DNA of 63,847 nt, filler included, from Rhabdomonas costata (lineage: Eukaryota): the NCBI GenBank assembly GCA_019059605.1. It is 39 parts of 39 records of this genome, joined end to end, with 100 filler letters (N's around TTAATTAATTAA, not from the genome) between each part and the next. Parts side by side here need not be neighbours in the genome. Positions count along the whole stretch, not along the records: positions 11,495 to 13,034 come from JAHMHO010013479.1; positions 13,135 to 14,674 come from JAHMHO010013480.1; positions 14,775 to 16,315 come from JAHMHO010013481.1; positions 16,416 to 17,955 come from JAHMHO010013482.1; positions 18,056 to 19,595 come from JAHMHO010013483.1; positions 19,696 to 21,235 come from JAHMHO010013484.1; positions 21,336 to 22,874 come from JAHMHO010013485.1; positions 22,975 to 24,513 come from JAHMHO010013486.1; 31 more parts are not named here. One strand, written 5' to 3'. A program made the translations under genes and the position numbers. This document shows, one piece after another, positions 12,518-23,991 of the stretch. The notes under the pieces are model-generated. The model ran no database searches, was not told the origin of the DNA, and saw nothing but the letters and a program-made list of their open reading frames with translations. Position 1 is the first letter of the stretch. Every line of letters starts with the position of its first letter.

Positions 12518-13233
12518 GTTCCCCACATCCACACAGTGACTCACTTTTATTAAGGAGTCAGCAGCACTTGTTGAGTAGTATCCGCTCCAGAGTGACAAAA
12601 TGCACTGAGGCACTTTAACACGTGGGAAGCATCACCATAATCTGTCGGGAACAGTTCGGGCGGCTCAACCCCCAGGAGGGCTGCAGAGTGGAAAGGACTT
12701 TCGCCACCACCACCACCACAAGATTCTTCTTCATATCTCAATACGCCTCACTCAGAGTAGGCAGCAGGAAAGCAGGCAGGCATGGAGTCAGGCTGTACCA
12801 CCGAAGGTTGGGCGGGCAATCACACAACTTTGCCGTTTACTGTTTCTTTCGCCCTGTGGGCTTCGTGCTCGGCAGGTCTGACAAGCCCCATGCGGTCCAC
12901 ACCCACAGTGGCCTTCCCGCTCGAGCCCGAGGAGCAGGTTTATAGAATGTCCCGCCCCACCTCTGCACGCATTGCGCTTCTTTTCCTCGAGGCAAGGGTG
13001 CTGTCGCAGTTCAAAAGGTTCTCCTTGTCATGTANNNNNNNNNNNNNNNNNNNNNNNNNNNNNNNNNNNNNNNNNNNNTTAATTAATTAANNNNNNNNNN
13101 NNNNNNNNNNNNNNNNNNNNNNNNNNNNNNNNNNGTTGTTTTGGGCCTGACGCCGGAGGCGCGGGGACCGAGTCGGGTCACACCCGGGGTACCAGGGGAC
13201 CGAGTCACCAACCGCCAGGGAGTGGGGATAGAA

Positions 13234-13646
13234 GGAGGAGCGCAGCGACGACGTCAAGGAATAGGAACGAAGGAGCGGAGCGACTGAGTGACAGAATACA
13301 AGCAGAATACCCTGGTCTTGTGAACGAACGTACCGACTTATGTCGGGGAGTGAGTGAACAACGCATTTAGGGAGATGCGAACGCAGTGAGCATCGACCAG
13401 CTGAGTATTCCACTGTCGGGATTCTCACGTCCTCTCGAATCCCTCCCACCCAAAGACACGAGCGTAGCGAGTAGGATAGGTGAATGCATGCAAGCGCCTT
13501 ATGGCGGTGGAATGCATGAACCATCACATTTAGGAGGAATGATGCGAAGGCACTGAGCATCATGACGACCAGCTGAATACCCCACTTGTCTCTCCTCTCC
13601 ACTCCCCGCCATAAGGCGGTACGTGGAGATCCGACCAGGCGTAGCC
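13234..13646 (+). repeat. Cluster of structured DNA hairpins, including two diverged modules of about 100 bp (13318-13417, 13479-13590) and an inverted third hairpin (13596-13629)
   Basis: Shared blocks CATTTAGG, GATGCGAA.GCA.TGAGCATC and CGACCAGCTGA.TA..CCACT; TTAT-loop hairpins with compensatory stem changes. Confidence 0.85.
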
Positions 13647-13860
13647 ACAGCGAAGAACATACCCTTACGCTTAGACTTGGGTTGAAGGGTACGAAGCATG
13701 GGTGCGTCAGCGAGCCATGCGTAGTAGAGGGTTAGTGTCTGCGAGTTGAGGAGCGTTGGGAATCGGAGTCTTGCATCAGGGTAAGGTCACGTCTTGGTCC
13801 CTCGAGGCATCCCTTAGCCTTAGACACAGCTGGTTGGATGTTACGCCTTACACCCTAACT

Positions 13861-14674
13861 CACCACGACACCCCACAGACCCCTCGACCCCTCAACCCAA
13901 CACACAGAACCAGCACACAGACACCATGACACCAAGCTACAGCCATGACACCCACACCCAACATCCCGACATCCTGACCCCAACACCACGAACCCCAAAA
14001 CACGAACCTCAGAACCCAAACACACCCTACGCTACGAAACACAAGAAGCAACAGACTCAGCTTGACATCGCACAACACCTACCCTCAGACTCCGACGCAC
14101 TGACCCTCACCCTCCAACAACACGAAGCCCTGAACCCCACACAACCCCATGCATAACACCATGAACCCCTGACAGCCTGACACACTCCGACACACAAACC
14201 ATGAGACAACACAACAGGAAGGCCTTGAGACAGAGACAGAGTGAGCGTGGTAGCAGTGAGCATGGTAAGAGTGAGCATGGTAGCAGAGGCAGAGACCGTG
14301 ACACCGTAACACCATGACAGCCAGCAACCCAACGACAACGTGACACCGTAACCCCATGACCCACTGACACAACCAACGCCAACACCACCAACGCTACCAG
14401 TAACGCATCGCACCAACACACCCTCCGACACAACAACAGTGAGCATGGTTGAGACTAACACTACGCAAAGCACAAACAGTAACACCGATACCTACTACAC
14501 TACACTACACTACTACACTACACTACACAATACATACATACATAATATAATACACGCGCGTAAGGAACCCCAGGCACACACTACGAATAGAACCAGAGAG
14601 CATGGTTGAGGCATGGTTGACGGACACAGAGAGCATGGTTGCTACAGACCGCTGAACTGACACTACGACCCCCA
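13861..14674 (+). repeat. A+C-skewed repetitive tract with GAGCATGGT motifs, a 15-bp tandem repeat (14238-14286) and (TACAC)n (about 14496-14528)
   Basis: Strong depletion of T and G on the + strand; motif copies near 14258, 14273, 14451, 14598 and 14631. Confidence 0.8.
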
Positions 14675-16079
14675 NNNNNNNNNNNNNNNNNNNNNNNNNN
14701 NNNNNNNNNNNNNNNNNNTTAATTAATTAANNNNNNNNNNNNNNNNNNNNNNNNNNNNNNNNNNNNNNNNNNNNGGTTGTGTTGCCCTGCGCTGTCTGTG
14801 GTTTGAAGAAAAGGGGGACTTCGTCAGCGAACAAATGATTACTCTCGCTTGCTGTTGTCCACACGTCTTTCAAACAAACCATTTCTTTCCCACTTTTCTT
14901 CAAACCACAGACAGCGCAGGGCAACAGCACATGTCTGCCACGGCCTGGCACCTTTAGATGACTGCGTGGTGCCCCCGTGCAGTCATACAAAAAGAATCGC
15001 TTGTGTGATTCACTTCTATTGCCCAACCGGGAAGCGGAAGTTTCCGAAGGAATCATCATCCCGATTACTTACAGAATTATCACTTTTATTTCATTGGTGG
15101 AGCTGCTACCCGCCAAAAAAAAATCCGCGAGATTCCTATCCTCTGCGTGGGTGCGCGGATGTTTTAGCGTACAGCATCTCCCTCGCTTGAAGGAACACTA
15201 CTGAGAAAGGTATCCGCACAGTACACGTGGCCACTCTGTGCGCACCTCTGTTCTCCAGAGAATTCACAAAATGCAGCAGAAGTGGGCCACCTGCCCCCGC
15301 GGTGTGGAACAGTGGAGGCAAGGAAGCAAACGTCCAGCGCAACAGCAAAGACAAAATAAGTCTTCAGTAGAACTTTGCGATCAAAGGATTGTCCTTCAAA
15401 AAGCAGCCGCTCAAGAGGAGGAGTTCACCGACCCCGACCCCCTACCGCAAAATAAAAGCAGGTTTCTGCTGGAGGGAAAGATCAAAAGGACAATTCGGAA
15501 AACAGCAAAACCACATCTCCACTCCCAACTAGGCTACTCTATTGGCAAAAAGAAAAGCGTCAAAAAGCACTAAGCGCGAGGATTCACTCCTGGCTTGGGG
15601 CAGCCCAGCCCACAAGGCTAAGCCGAGGAAGCGGCGTCCCCATGAGAGGCAAGTCTCGCAGGAAAGAGCCGAGGCAGAACTTGGGTGCTCCAAGAAACTG
15701 AAGCAGGGAGACTTGCTCAACTACAGCACCGCTGCAAAGAAAAGGAAAAAAGCATGTCTGAGGGCCTGTTGACAGAAACCATTGCCGTCTGTGCGAGAAT
15801 GCTGTGTTTCTTTGTGAGTCATGAAAAATTGGCGAGCGTCGAAATTCAATTGTCCGATGTGGACACGCGCGAATCAATGCATCCCATTCCAATACTGCTG
15901 GTGTCACATTAACCTTAAGCAGCGTCTGAAGCTTAAATGTCGTCAAAAAATGCAGCTTCCGCACCCAGCAAATTCCGATCCATCAATCTATGAGATACTT
16001 GAACCTGTGGAACACAGGGCGGACTCAAACAAAGAGGTCATGCAGAAAACGGAAAAACCTGAGCAGCCTGCTCCGCAAG

Positions 16080-16315
16080 TCAGGACCCGCCCTTCACTTC
16101 GTCCAGACCTATCCCGAAGCGCACCCGCGAGGAGCCCTCCGGACTAAGCGGACAACCCCCTCCACCTCCTCCACTGCCCTCTTGGGTGCCGTGGCAAAGC
16201 AGCAGTCCAACAACCTCGTCCCGGCCCTTGGCCAGCTCCAACGCACTCTGCCCGTGCTTCGTACGAGCCCCACCACAGGCTCGAGCCGCCAGCAGGAGCC
16301 GCACGACCCCCGCTC
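16080..16315 (-). CDS. Ankyrin-repeat protein, terminal exon fragment
   Basis: VVRLLLAARACGGARTKHGQSALELA...EVVGLLL fits the ankyrin consensus. Confidence 0.7.
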
Positions 16316-16415
16316 NNNNNNNNNNNNNNNNNNNNNNNNNNNNNNNNNNNNNNNNNNNNTTAATTAATTAANNNNNNNNNNNNNNNNNNNNNNNNNNNNN
16401 NNNNNNNNNNNNNNN

Positions 16416-17396
16416 TTTTTTGAAAAAATCAACAAGATTTTCTTTAAAATAATAGTGAAGTTTCCAAATTTGTACTTCAAATAATCGTATGTATATAACA
16501 AAAATAATAAAATTAATAAAAAATTTAATTACAGGTTCCGTAAAATCCGTAATCTTTATCTCCAAGAAATGATGAACCCAATACTCTAATTTTTGTGTAT
16601 TGTACAGTTGTAATTTATTTGATTTTAGTATTGTAACTAAATATGGAATATCATATACATCATCAACATATCGTTCCAAATTGTTACAATAATCTACTAC
16701 TTTTGTATGATCTTCTTCTGTAATTGTAATTGGAGATTCAAATTTTTCAATAACATTAATTTCTATATCATGTTGCAAAATAATATTCTCTTCTTTATGA
16801 ATAATTACAAGATCAATGATCTCGTTGTCATCAACTAAAATTAATATTTTAACAAGTTCATTTTTATTGTCAATGAAATTAATTTTCATTTTATCATCAA
16901 TAATAGAAGTGTCAATAATAAATTCATTGAGACCATTCTTAAGTTCTGTCTGATAAAATTTTTGTGAAAAGAATATTTCATCAATTTGTTTATGTTTATT
17001 TACAATGAATTCATATGGTTTTCCTTTTTTGAAAAATTGTAATACATCATACATAATCAATTGAAAACCGACGTAATCATTATATGTAACATCTTCTTTT
17101 TTTTCAACATCATATTTACAGAATTTGTATTGTGTATTGTAATGAACACATGTACAATTATAAACAGATGTAATTTTCTCTGGATACATATAAAATTCGT
17201 ATATTGGTGATGTAAGTTCAAGAAAAGAATCTTGAAACATCTTAATGACAGATGGAATCGGTTTTGTTAAACAATCCTGAATAAGATGTATATCCTTTTC
17301 AAATTCCTGTTTGTTTTGACAAATGAATTCAATTGTTTCTTTGTACAACGAAGAATTATAATAAGATTCATTCTCATTCACAATTTGAATCGCCAT
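16416..17396 (-). CDS. Hypothetical protein, intronless AT-rich ORF (3'-truncated), giant-virus-like
   Basis: More than 320 open codons in very AT-rich DNA; rich in I/K/N/Y/E; AAAATTGA upstream. Confidence 0.85.
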
Positions 17397-17454
17397 TGTT
17401 TATTTTATATTTTTGAAGTTTTTAATTATATATTTACTGTAATATAAATAAAAT

Positions 17455-17462
17455 TCAATTTT
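17455..17462 (-). promoter_or_regulatory. Mimiviridae-type early promoter AAAATTGA
   Basis: Exact octamer on the coding strand, about 59 nt upstream of the ATG at 17396, in a 65-bp intergenic gap. Confidence 0.65.
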
Positions 17463-17941
17463 TATTGTAATGCTTTTGATATTGTTTTTACTATTTTATT
17501 TATGGCCGGTTTATCTTTTTTATTAAATATACTAATCGAAAACATAATACATTCATATAACATTTGACCAATACTTGAACATGTCCAATGTATTATACCT
17601 ACATCTTCATATGCAGTGATCATACATTCATATACTATTTTTGGTATGAACGTTGAAACCCAACTTACAGTTTTGTCATTTTGCATATATATTTTTTTCC
17701 TATACCATATTTTATTTATATTTTCATCAATTACACGTCCATTTATTCTCTTTTTTATCGTAAAATTGTATTTTCTAAAAATATCATTAAGTTCAATATC
17801 ATCATTATTACTTATTTTTATAATTTCTATATCATCTTCATATTGAAGAACATAATATCTATAATTTTCTTTGTCATTAATATCTTTTATGTTAAGTATA
17901 TCACGTTTTCTAAAAATTTTATTTGATTGTATGTTTATCAT
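17462..17941 (-). CDS. Hypothetical protein (159 aa), intronless AT-rich ORF, giant-virus-like
   Basis: Complete ATG-TAA ORF in tandem with the next ORF; no Shine-Dalgarno sequence seen. Confidence 0.8.
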   Translation of the reverse strand: MINIQSNKIFRKRDILNIKDINDKENYRYYVLQYEDDIEIIKISNNDDIELNDIFRKYNFTIKKRINGRVIDENINKIWYRKKIYMQNDKTVSWVSTFIPKIVYECMITAYEDVGIIHWTCSSIGQMLYECIMFSISIFNKKDKPAINKIVKTISKALQ

Positions 17942-18387
17942 TTATAATATATATANNNNNNNNNNNNNNNNNNNNNNNNNNNNNNNNNNNNNNNNNNNNT
18001 TAATTAATTAANNNNNNNNNNNNNNNNNNNNNNNNNNNNNNNNNNNNNNNNNNNNGGTTGGGTGGGCGCAGAGAGAAAAGGAAAGGCTTGCGAGTGGAAG
18101 TTAGGCGTTACTGTGCGGAGAGGATTGGTTGAGACAAATTTGGGATTCACGTTAAACTTGGGCTTCGACACACACAAGAAGCAGGGCAGAGTCAGGCGGA
18201 AACGGTGTCACTTGATACCGGGCGATTCATAAAAGTGAGCCACTAAAGACAGCCGTATGCTACGAAGGGCTGTCTGAAAGCCTGTAAGTTGTAATACCAC
18301 TCTGAGCAAGTGGGATTGGGGGTCGATGTTCTTTTGACCCTGTTGACTCAATATCCGTCCACCCAACAACACTCACCAACCCCACAC

Positions 18388-19176
18388 CTCGCAGGGCTTG
18401 TTTTCCTGCGGGCGGAAGGTAATCTCCAGGGCAACGCTCTGCTTCGGCTCCAGCCCGAAGTTGGTCGGGGTGACGGTGAAGGGCCCCACCCGCAGCTCCT
18501 CCCCGCCCGCGGAGAGGCCCTCGGTGGGGTCCGTGGGAGAAGAGCTCAACCGACACTTCGAAGCTCCGCCCGAGTTGGAGATCTGTTTCGGTTTTAGCAC
18601 AGCAGAGGATTCACGTAAATAATCAAGGTGTGAACGGTCACACACACACACTATTTGCACAAAGAGTGGTTTTGGTGAAGGGTACTCTTTGGCTGCCTGG
18701 CAACTTCTCGGGGTACGGAACACCCCTTTGCTGCTGGGCGGAGGTTCTTGGGAACCTCACTGGCGCATTAAACCACAGTTCTAGGGAGCTCCAACCCGCG
18801 CGCTCGACCAGTGTGCTTGTCCCTCAGTGGCCACCTTCTCAGTCTTTTAATCGGTATGTCACCCTTTCATTCCAGCTTTTCTGCCACCAATGCACCAATG
18901 CTATTCCACAATGGGACACCAACAAAAAAAGGCAAGCCCGACCCACCAAGGGGTCAAGGGGTGAAACGCCACGCACCAACAAGAATTTGTTCTAACAAAT
19001 CCCGAAACGTTGACATTCCAACGGGTGCGGATGGGCGGTGCAGAGGGGAGGGGAGAGAGTTGAATCTCGGCGACCTTCACGGCGGTGGTGGAGTAGCCTC
19101 CGACGGCAGCGGGACCGCACCGGAAGCGCGGGGGCAGTCGCAGAAGCGGTCTCCGCCGTGTTGCCCCGAGAGGAAC
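18388..19176 (-). CDS. DLEC1: DLEC1/CFAP81-like ASH-domain ciliary protein (exons 19075-19176, 18388-18582)
   Basis: Spliced VPLGATRRRPLLRLPPRFRCGPAAVGG...ISNSGG...GPFTVTPTNFGLEPKQSVALEITFRP parallels DLEC1 IPLQARRPPPVLTL...CGYCLIGG...PFGILPSVFELAPG. Confidence 0.7.
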
Positions 19177-20863
19177 CTGTGGGCAGGCCGAGAAAGAGAA
19201 AACATAAGGGCTTGTGAATTGCAGGGGAGGTAAAACGTTAAACATCGTCGTCCCAACCTCATCCGTCCGCTCCGGCCGCCCCCGCGCCTGACTTCCGCAG
19301 CCTCCTCACCTGTCCCAATTGGCCAACAAAGTCCCAAAACGTTGACTCCCTTAAACAGTGCCCTCTCCCCAAAATAACATTGTACCAAAAAAGAAGAAAG
19401 ACCTGGTTCATGCTTCAGTCTATTTCGCCCTCTCTCCTTCCGGTCAACCTTCCCCATTTTCCCAATAGACCTTGAAAATTGCTATTGCGCCGAAGGCCAC
19501 TGCTCGACTGGCGCCCAAACAATCTGTCTGATGGGTGCAAGATGGGAGGGGGAAGGGAGGGGGACCTCGATGCTGCCCCACTCGCTGCAAACTACNNNNN
19601 NNNNNNNNNNNNNNNNNNNNNNNNNNNNNNNNNNNNNNNTTAATTAATTAANNNNNNNNNNNNNNNNNNNNNNNNNNNNNNNNNNNNNNNNNNNNGGTGG
19701 GTTGGGGTGTCCACGCGCCTTCTCTGCAAAGCCCTGCCGTCGGGGAGGGGCGGGGGGGTATCGGCGAGAATAGGCTCATCGCTGGGCAGCGGCTGCGACG
19801 CACCCTGCAGACCCTGGGTCCCCCCCCCCACATGAAAAATGTATTTCAAGAGTGGAAAACTCATTCAAGCCAGAAAAAAAATAGCGAATGGGCTGATAGC
19901 CCAGTAAAAATGCACACCTCTTTTTCCATCATGGACCTTGTTCTTCTGCGCAACAACTCATTTTCTGCGAAACATTATAAAAGGGATAAGACCACTCCAG
20001 TCAATTCGAGTGGTATTCTCTGCATGTTTCAAAGGAGGCACTGGCAAAACAGGATTCTTCTCGCACCCTTCTCCCAAACACTTCCCTTCTCTGGCCGATT
20101 ATCCCTCACACCTTCGCCCACACTCTCTTCAACCTTTTCCGAACGCCCCATCCTATTCGTTGGTCGCCAGATCCCCCTCCACTCCGCAGTGTCATATCTC
20201 CTCCATATCAAAAGTTCTTTCCGTTTTGTCAAGGCCACTCTTTTTTCTTCCCTCCTGGAATACTCCCTCCCTTTCTTTGCTTTTAGTTTGCTGCTTGCTA
20301 TTTGCTGCTTGCTGTTTGCTGCTTGATGTCTGCAAGTGGATATCGCACATCGTTGGGACCTTAAAAAGTGCATCGCAAATAGAGGGACAAAATCAACGTT
20401 TTCACATCGCCAGGCAGTGTGGGCAGTGTGCACAAACGACGCTGGCCGAAGAGGACAAGCCGAATCGGGCCCGCGGTCTTTTCTATTTACGTTGGGCCTC
20501 CCAAAACGCTACGAGGCCGGTATTACCCGTGTCCTTGGCGGCTCTTCCTTTTTTATTTTGTGCCGCTTCTTTCCTCATATAATGACGACACCCACAACAT
20601 GTACAAAAAACCCGTGCCTCTATCCCCGCGAAAGGGGGCCCAGACAAATGGCTCTACACCAGTAGTACTTCGCGTCCTTGCCACCACCTGTCCGCGCACA
20701 GGGGCGTCCTGATGTGGTTGACCCGGGGTTTTGGGGTAACAGGCTGTTTCCATTGCACAAGTGTCGAGACAGGTCTCTGTCCCAGAAATACATATGAGAG
20801 TGAAAGGAAAACCTCCGCAGGAAGTGAGAAGAGAGTAGCAATAGAAGGAAAGAGCACACACAC

Positions 20864-20932
20864 TTCTGGAGCGGCAGCGCTCTTCGGTGTGCCCAAACCC
20901 TCCGCAGTACGAGCAGATAACAGGCTCCCCCA
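20864..20932 (-). CDS. CCHC zinc-knuckle exon
   Basis: CSYCGGFGHTEERC (C-x2-C-x4-H-x4-C) bounded by AG and GTGTGT. Confidence 0.7.
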
Positions 20933-21722
20933 CTGAAAATATAACACAACATAATACATAGTACATGTATACATTCGAAAGCATTCTTCGAAGCACCGAT
21001 ACGTAATGGCGAAGAACTTGGCTTCACCAACGGTCTATTAATCACCCCGCCCCCTTCATACAACTGCCCCAATGAGCACCGAACACAACATGGAGCAAAG
21101 CAAAACGACGACCAGAACCCTTGCCATCCACATCCACACCCACATCAAGTCTCTTTCACCCTCCTTCTCGCGCATGGTCCGCGACATGTCTGGCCAGTTT
21201 CGTTCACAACCACATAACTTCTTTCCACAACACCCNNNNNNNNNNNNNNNNNNNNNNNNNNNNNNNNNNNNNNNNNNNNTTAATTAATTAANNNNNNNNN
21301 NNNNNNNNNNNNNNNNNNNNNNNNNNNNNNNNNNNCCTAAAAAAAAAAGAACGGGGGGGGGGTAGAACACGGGCACCGACCACAACAGAAGTAACGGTAC
21401 TCCTGCTTTATCAAACCAACACTGCAACTTCCAGCCAAGCAACATCGGTTGCGAGCATGGCTCGTTGGCAACTGAAGCACAGCACCAACAAAAGAAACTT
21501 TGAATAATTTTGACATTCCATTTCAAGGGGGGGGGGAACGAGCATGTTTGAAGTGAAAATTACAATAAAAACAAAACAATGAAACGAAAAGTGATGAAAA
21601 AAATCAAAGAGGTTGATGAAAATGTTCCAGAATCCAGTGTTCCAGAGAGATACCCAAACGGGAAAACCCTTATACAAACTTTGTGAATCCGTTCGGCCTC
21701 CGGCGCAACCACCCGCGCACAC

Positions 21723-22378
21723 TTTACATACAAACCGCTGGTGATCCACGGATTGGTCGACCATAAGAAAGTACACGGACGCGGCGGTGGAGGCACTTGC
21801 CCCGCCATCGCTCATTGGAGAAGACACAACAGAACCACCGCAGATGCTTTTCCTTTGGCATTCTTGCTGGGCGTGCACCTCAGTGAGATAGACCTGTTTG
21901 ACACGCCACGCCATATGATAATACAAAACCTCCACAAGTGCAAGAAAGCAATTTTTAGAACCGAATCTCTCTTCAACGTTCTTTCAAAATTGGTTATATC
22001 TCCATTGCAATCTTAGTAGAGAATGAGTGGGCTCCATGGATTCGAATCCCACCCCGGACAATCCCATGACAAGGCGGTATGGGGAGCCTCGGAGTTGAAT
22101 CTGACACTGCGACTCTTGGCACGGGTGCGATGGTGTATCCCCCTCCTGATCACAATCTTTGTAGAGACTAAGCTGGGCTCCCTCGATTCGGATACATCAG
22201 CAAGTGGCCGCACGTGAAGATAAATGTGAACGAAACCCCGATAAAATCGACAGTGAATTACAACCACACCTCGACTTCCCGGACAAAGCCCAGGTGGACG
22301 TCGTACAGCACAATGTGCTGAGGGCGAACCGCCTCCAAGACGCCATGCGAGGCCTCGTAAGTGCACAAAAAGATCCCT
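21723..22378 (-). CDS. ERCC4: DNA repair endonuclease XPF/Rad1 exons (22270 to about 22378, 21723-21893)
   Basis: VLEAVRPQHIVLYDVHLGFVREVEVY...VYFLMVDQSVDHQRF matches XPF LHEVEPRYVVLYD..LTFVRQLEIY...VYFLIYGGSTEEQRY. Confidence 0.85.
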
Positions 22379-22980
22379 CTGGTGGGTAAATGCAAAATGA
22401 GGCAGTGCAAGGGCGTATGCGAGGAGGAAAAGGCAGCGAGCAAGAGTCAGAACGAAGAGTTTTCGGATCTTCTTGCGGCTCGCCCTCGCCCTGCCCGCCA
22501 CTTCCGGCATCATTAAAGAGGACAAACCTCTTTTGCAAGCTCAGCTGCAGTGGGTTTTCGGCGCCCGCCGTGTCTTGCAATGCGGTCGTGCCGACAGTTG
22601 AGAAACCCGCCGTGACGGAAGGCACGGGCACCGCAGTCTCGGTGGAAGCCACCTCACGTGGGCCGCGGACAGCACGCACCCGTACCCTCCCGCACGCATC
22701 CGTCACCGTTGTGGTGAGCCGCGGGGCAGAAGGCAGTTGCTTTCCGCTGAAATCCCCACACCCACCAGAAATAGTTGTAGTTGCACAGATAGTCCCCGCA
22801 CCCCACCGTTTCAAAAACAACCAGCCCCCCCCTCCAATGGTCTAAAAAAACCCTCCGTAAATTTATTGGCAAGGNNNNNNNNNNNNNNNNNNNNNNNNNN
22901 NNNNNNNNNNNNNNNNNNTTAATTAATTAANNNNNNNNNNNNNNNNNNNNNNNNNNNNNNNNNNNNNNNNNNNNGGGTTT

Positions 22981-23028
22981 GGGTGTGGGTGTGGGTGTGG
23001 GTGTGGGTGTGGGTGTGGGTGTGGGTGT
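22981..23028 (+). repeat. (GGGTGT)8 hexamer repeat at contig start
   Basis: Read directly; either a microsatellite or a primer-derived concatemer. Confidence 0.8.
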
Positions 23029-23210
23029 GCTTGTGGTGAGAGTGAACGAGGTAAACTCCTCTGAACTCAGCAGCTAAATGATCTCATGCCTCACTGGAGT
23101 GACTGGCGTTTCGACCCCCGGCGGAGTTGTGGGCAATGTGCCATCTCCGCCTGCCTTGGACGCTCTTCAAGAGAGAGAGGGGGGGGGGGAGAAGACCACA
23201 AAAGAGACAC

Positions 23211-23991
23211 CGGAAGCGCACTGCGGTCACCGCGGTGTGGTCAAGGTTAGCCGAGAAGCGGTAGTCCAAGTTCCCGCTGAGCAAGCTGTACGCCGCGACC
23301 TCCCCGTTGTAGTACCCCGCCAACAGGTGGGTGCCGTTGCAATGCAGCGAGAAAACCGCAGAGGAAATCATCTGAATGCATGGGAGGGGGGGACCCACTC
23401 GCCCTGTCCTCAATATTTCGTTGTCCTTCCAGGAGCGCTCAGTCGAATCCACTGTGAAGACTCAGCCGCTCCCGACACACACGCACACATGCTCGCTCAC
23501 TCACTCACTAACTGGCGTGGCGTGGCGGTGAGATGCACAGTAGGAAGAGGAAGGCCCGAAACGAAAGCCAAACGCAAAACAGTCAACGCACACAAAGACG
23601 TCACCAAGTGTGGCTGGCTTCAGTTCACTGGCAGGAGTGAGGGGTGATGTCCCTCGTTATAACAAGCCGCTAAAGTCCAATCCAACGACATATGCCACCC
23701 AGAGTGGCCTACTACCGCCAGGCGAGACCCCCCAACGCCCGCCACCTGCGCAGTGCCAAAGATCTGAGGGCTCAGCCAGGGCTTCATGCTGACGGCCAAC
23801 GTGGGCACGGACCCCTCCGTGCCTCGGGCACTGCCCCCACCGCCAGGCGTGGCAGTGGGCACCCCCACAGAGCCCACAATGGAGTCCAGCAGCGCGGTCT
23901 CGTCAGGGGCCTCGGGCTCCACAGCGGCGCCCCGCGCCGCGGAGGCCCCCACGCCTCCCGTCCGACCACTCCAACTCAGAAAGTCCACCAT
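23211..23991 (-). CDS. Probable WD40-repeat protein, first exons (23746-23991, 23211-23371)
   Basis: AVFSLHCNGTHLLAGYYNGEVAAYSL...TAVTAVRF fits a beta-propeller blade pattern; phase-0 GT-AG join. Confidence 0.65.

Noticed and set aside
13318-13629. Hairpin modules as hammerhead ribozymes, tRNA or rRNA fragments
   Set aside because: No CUGANGA/GAAA core, cloverleaf or rRNA signature on either strand.
14057-14485. Val/Gly/Cys/Leu-rich ORFs as membrane or mitochondrial proteins
   Set aside because: All three minus frames are open because of the G+T skew and repeats; no conserved motif was recognised.
14661-14674. CACTACGACCCC resembling the pMV158-family nick site TACTACGA
   Set aside because: It is mismatched, lacks the flanking G-run arm and merges with the C/A primer remnant.
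22981-23028. (GGGTGT)8 as a telomere
   Set aside because: The G-rich strand points inward from the contig start, the run is short, and it matches the G/T primer composition.
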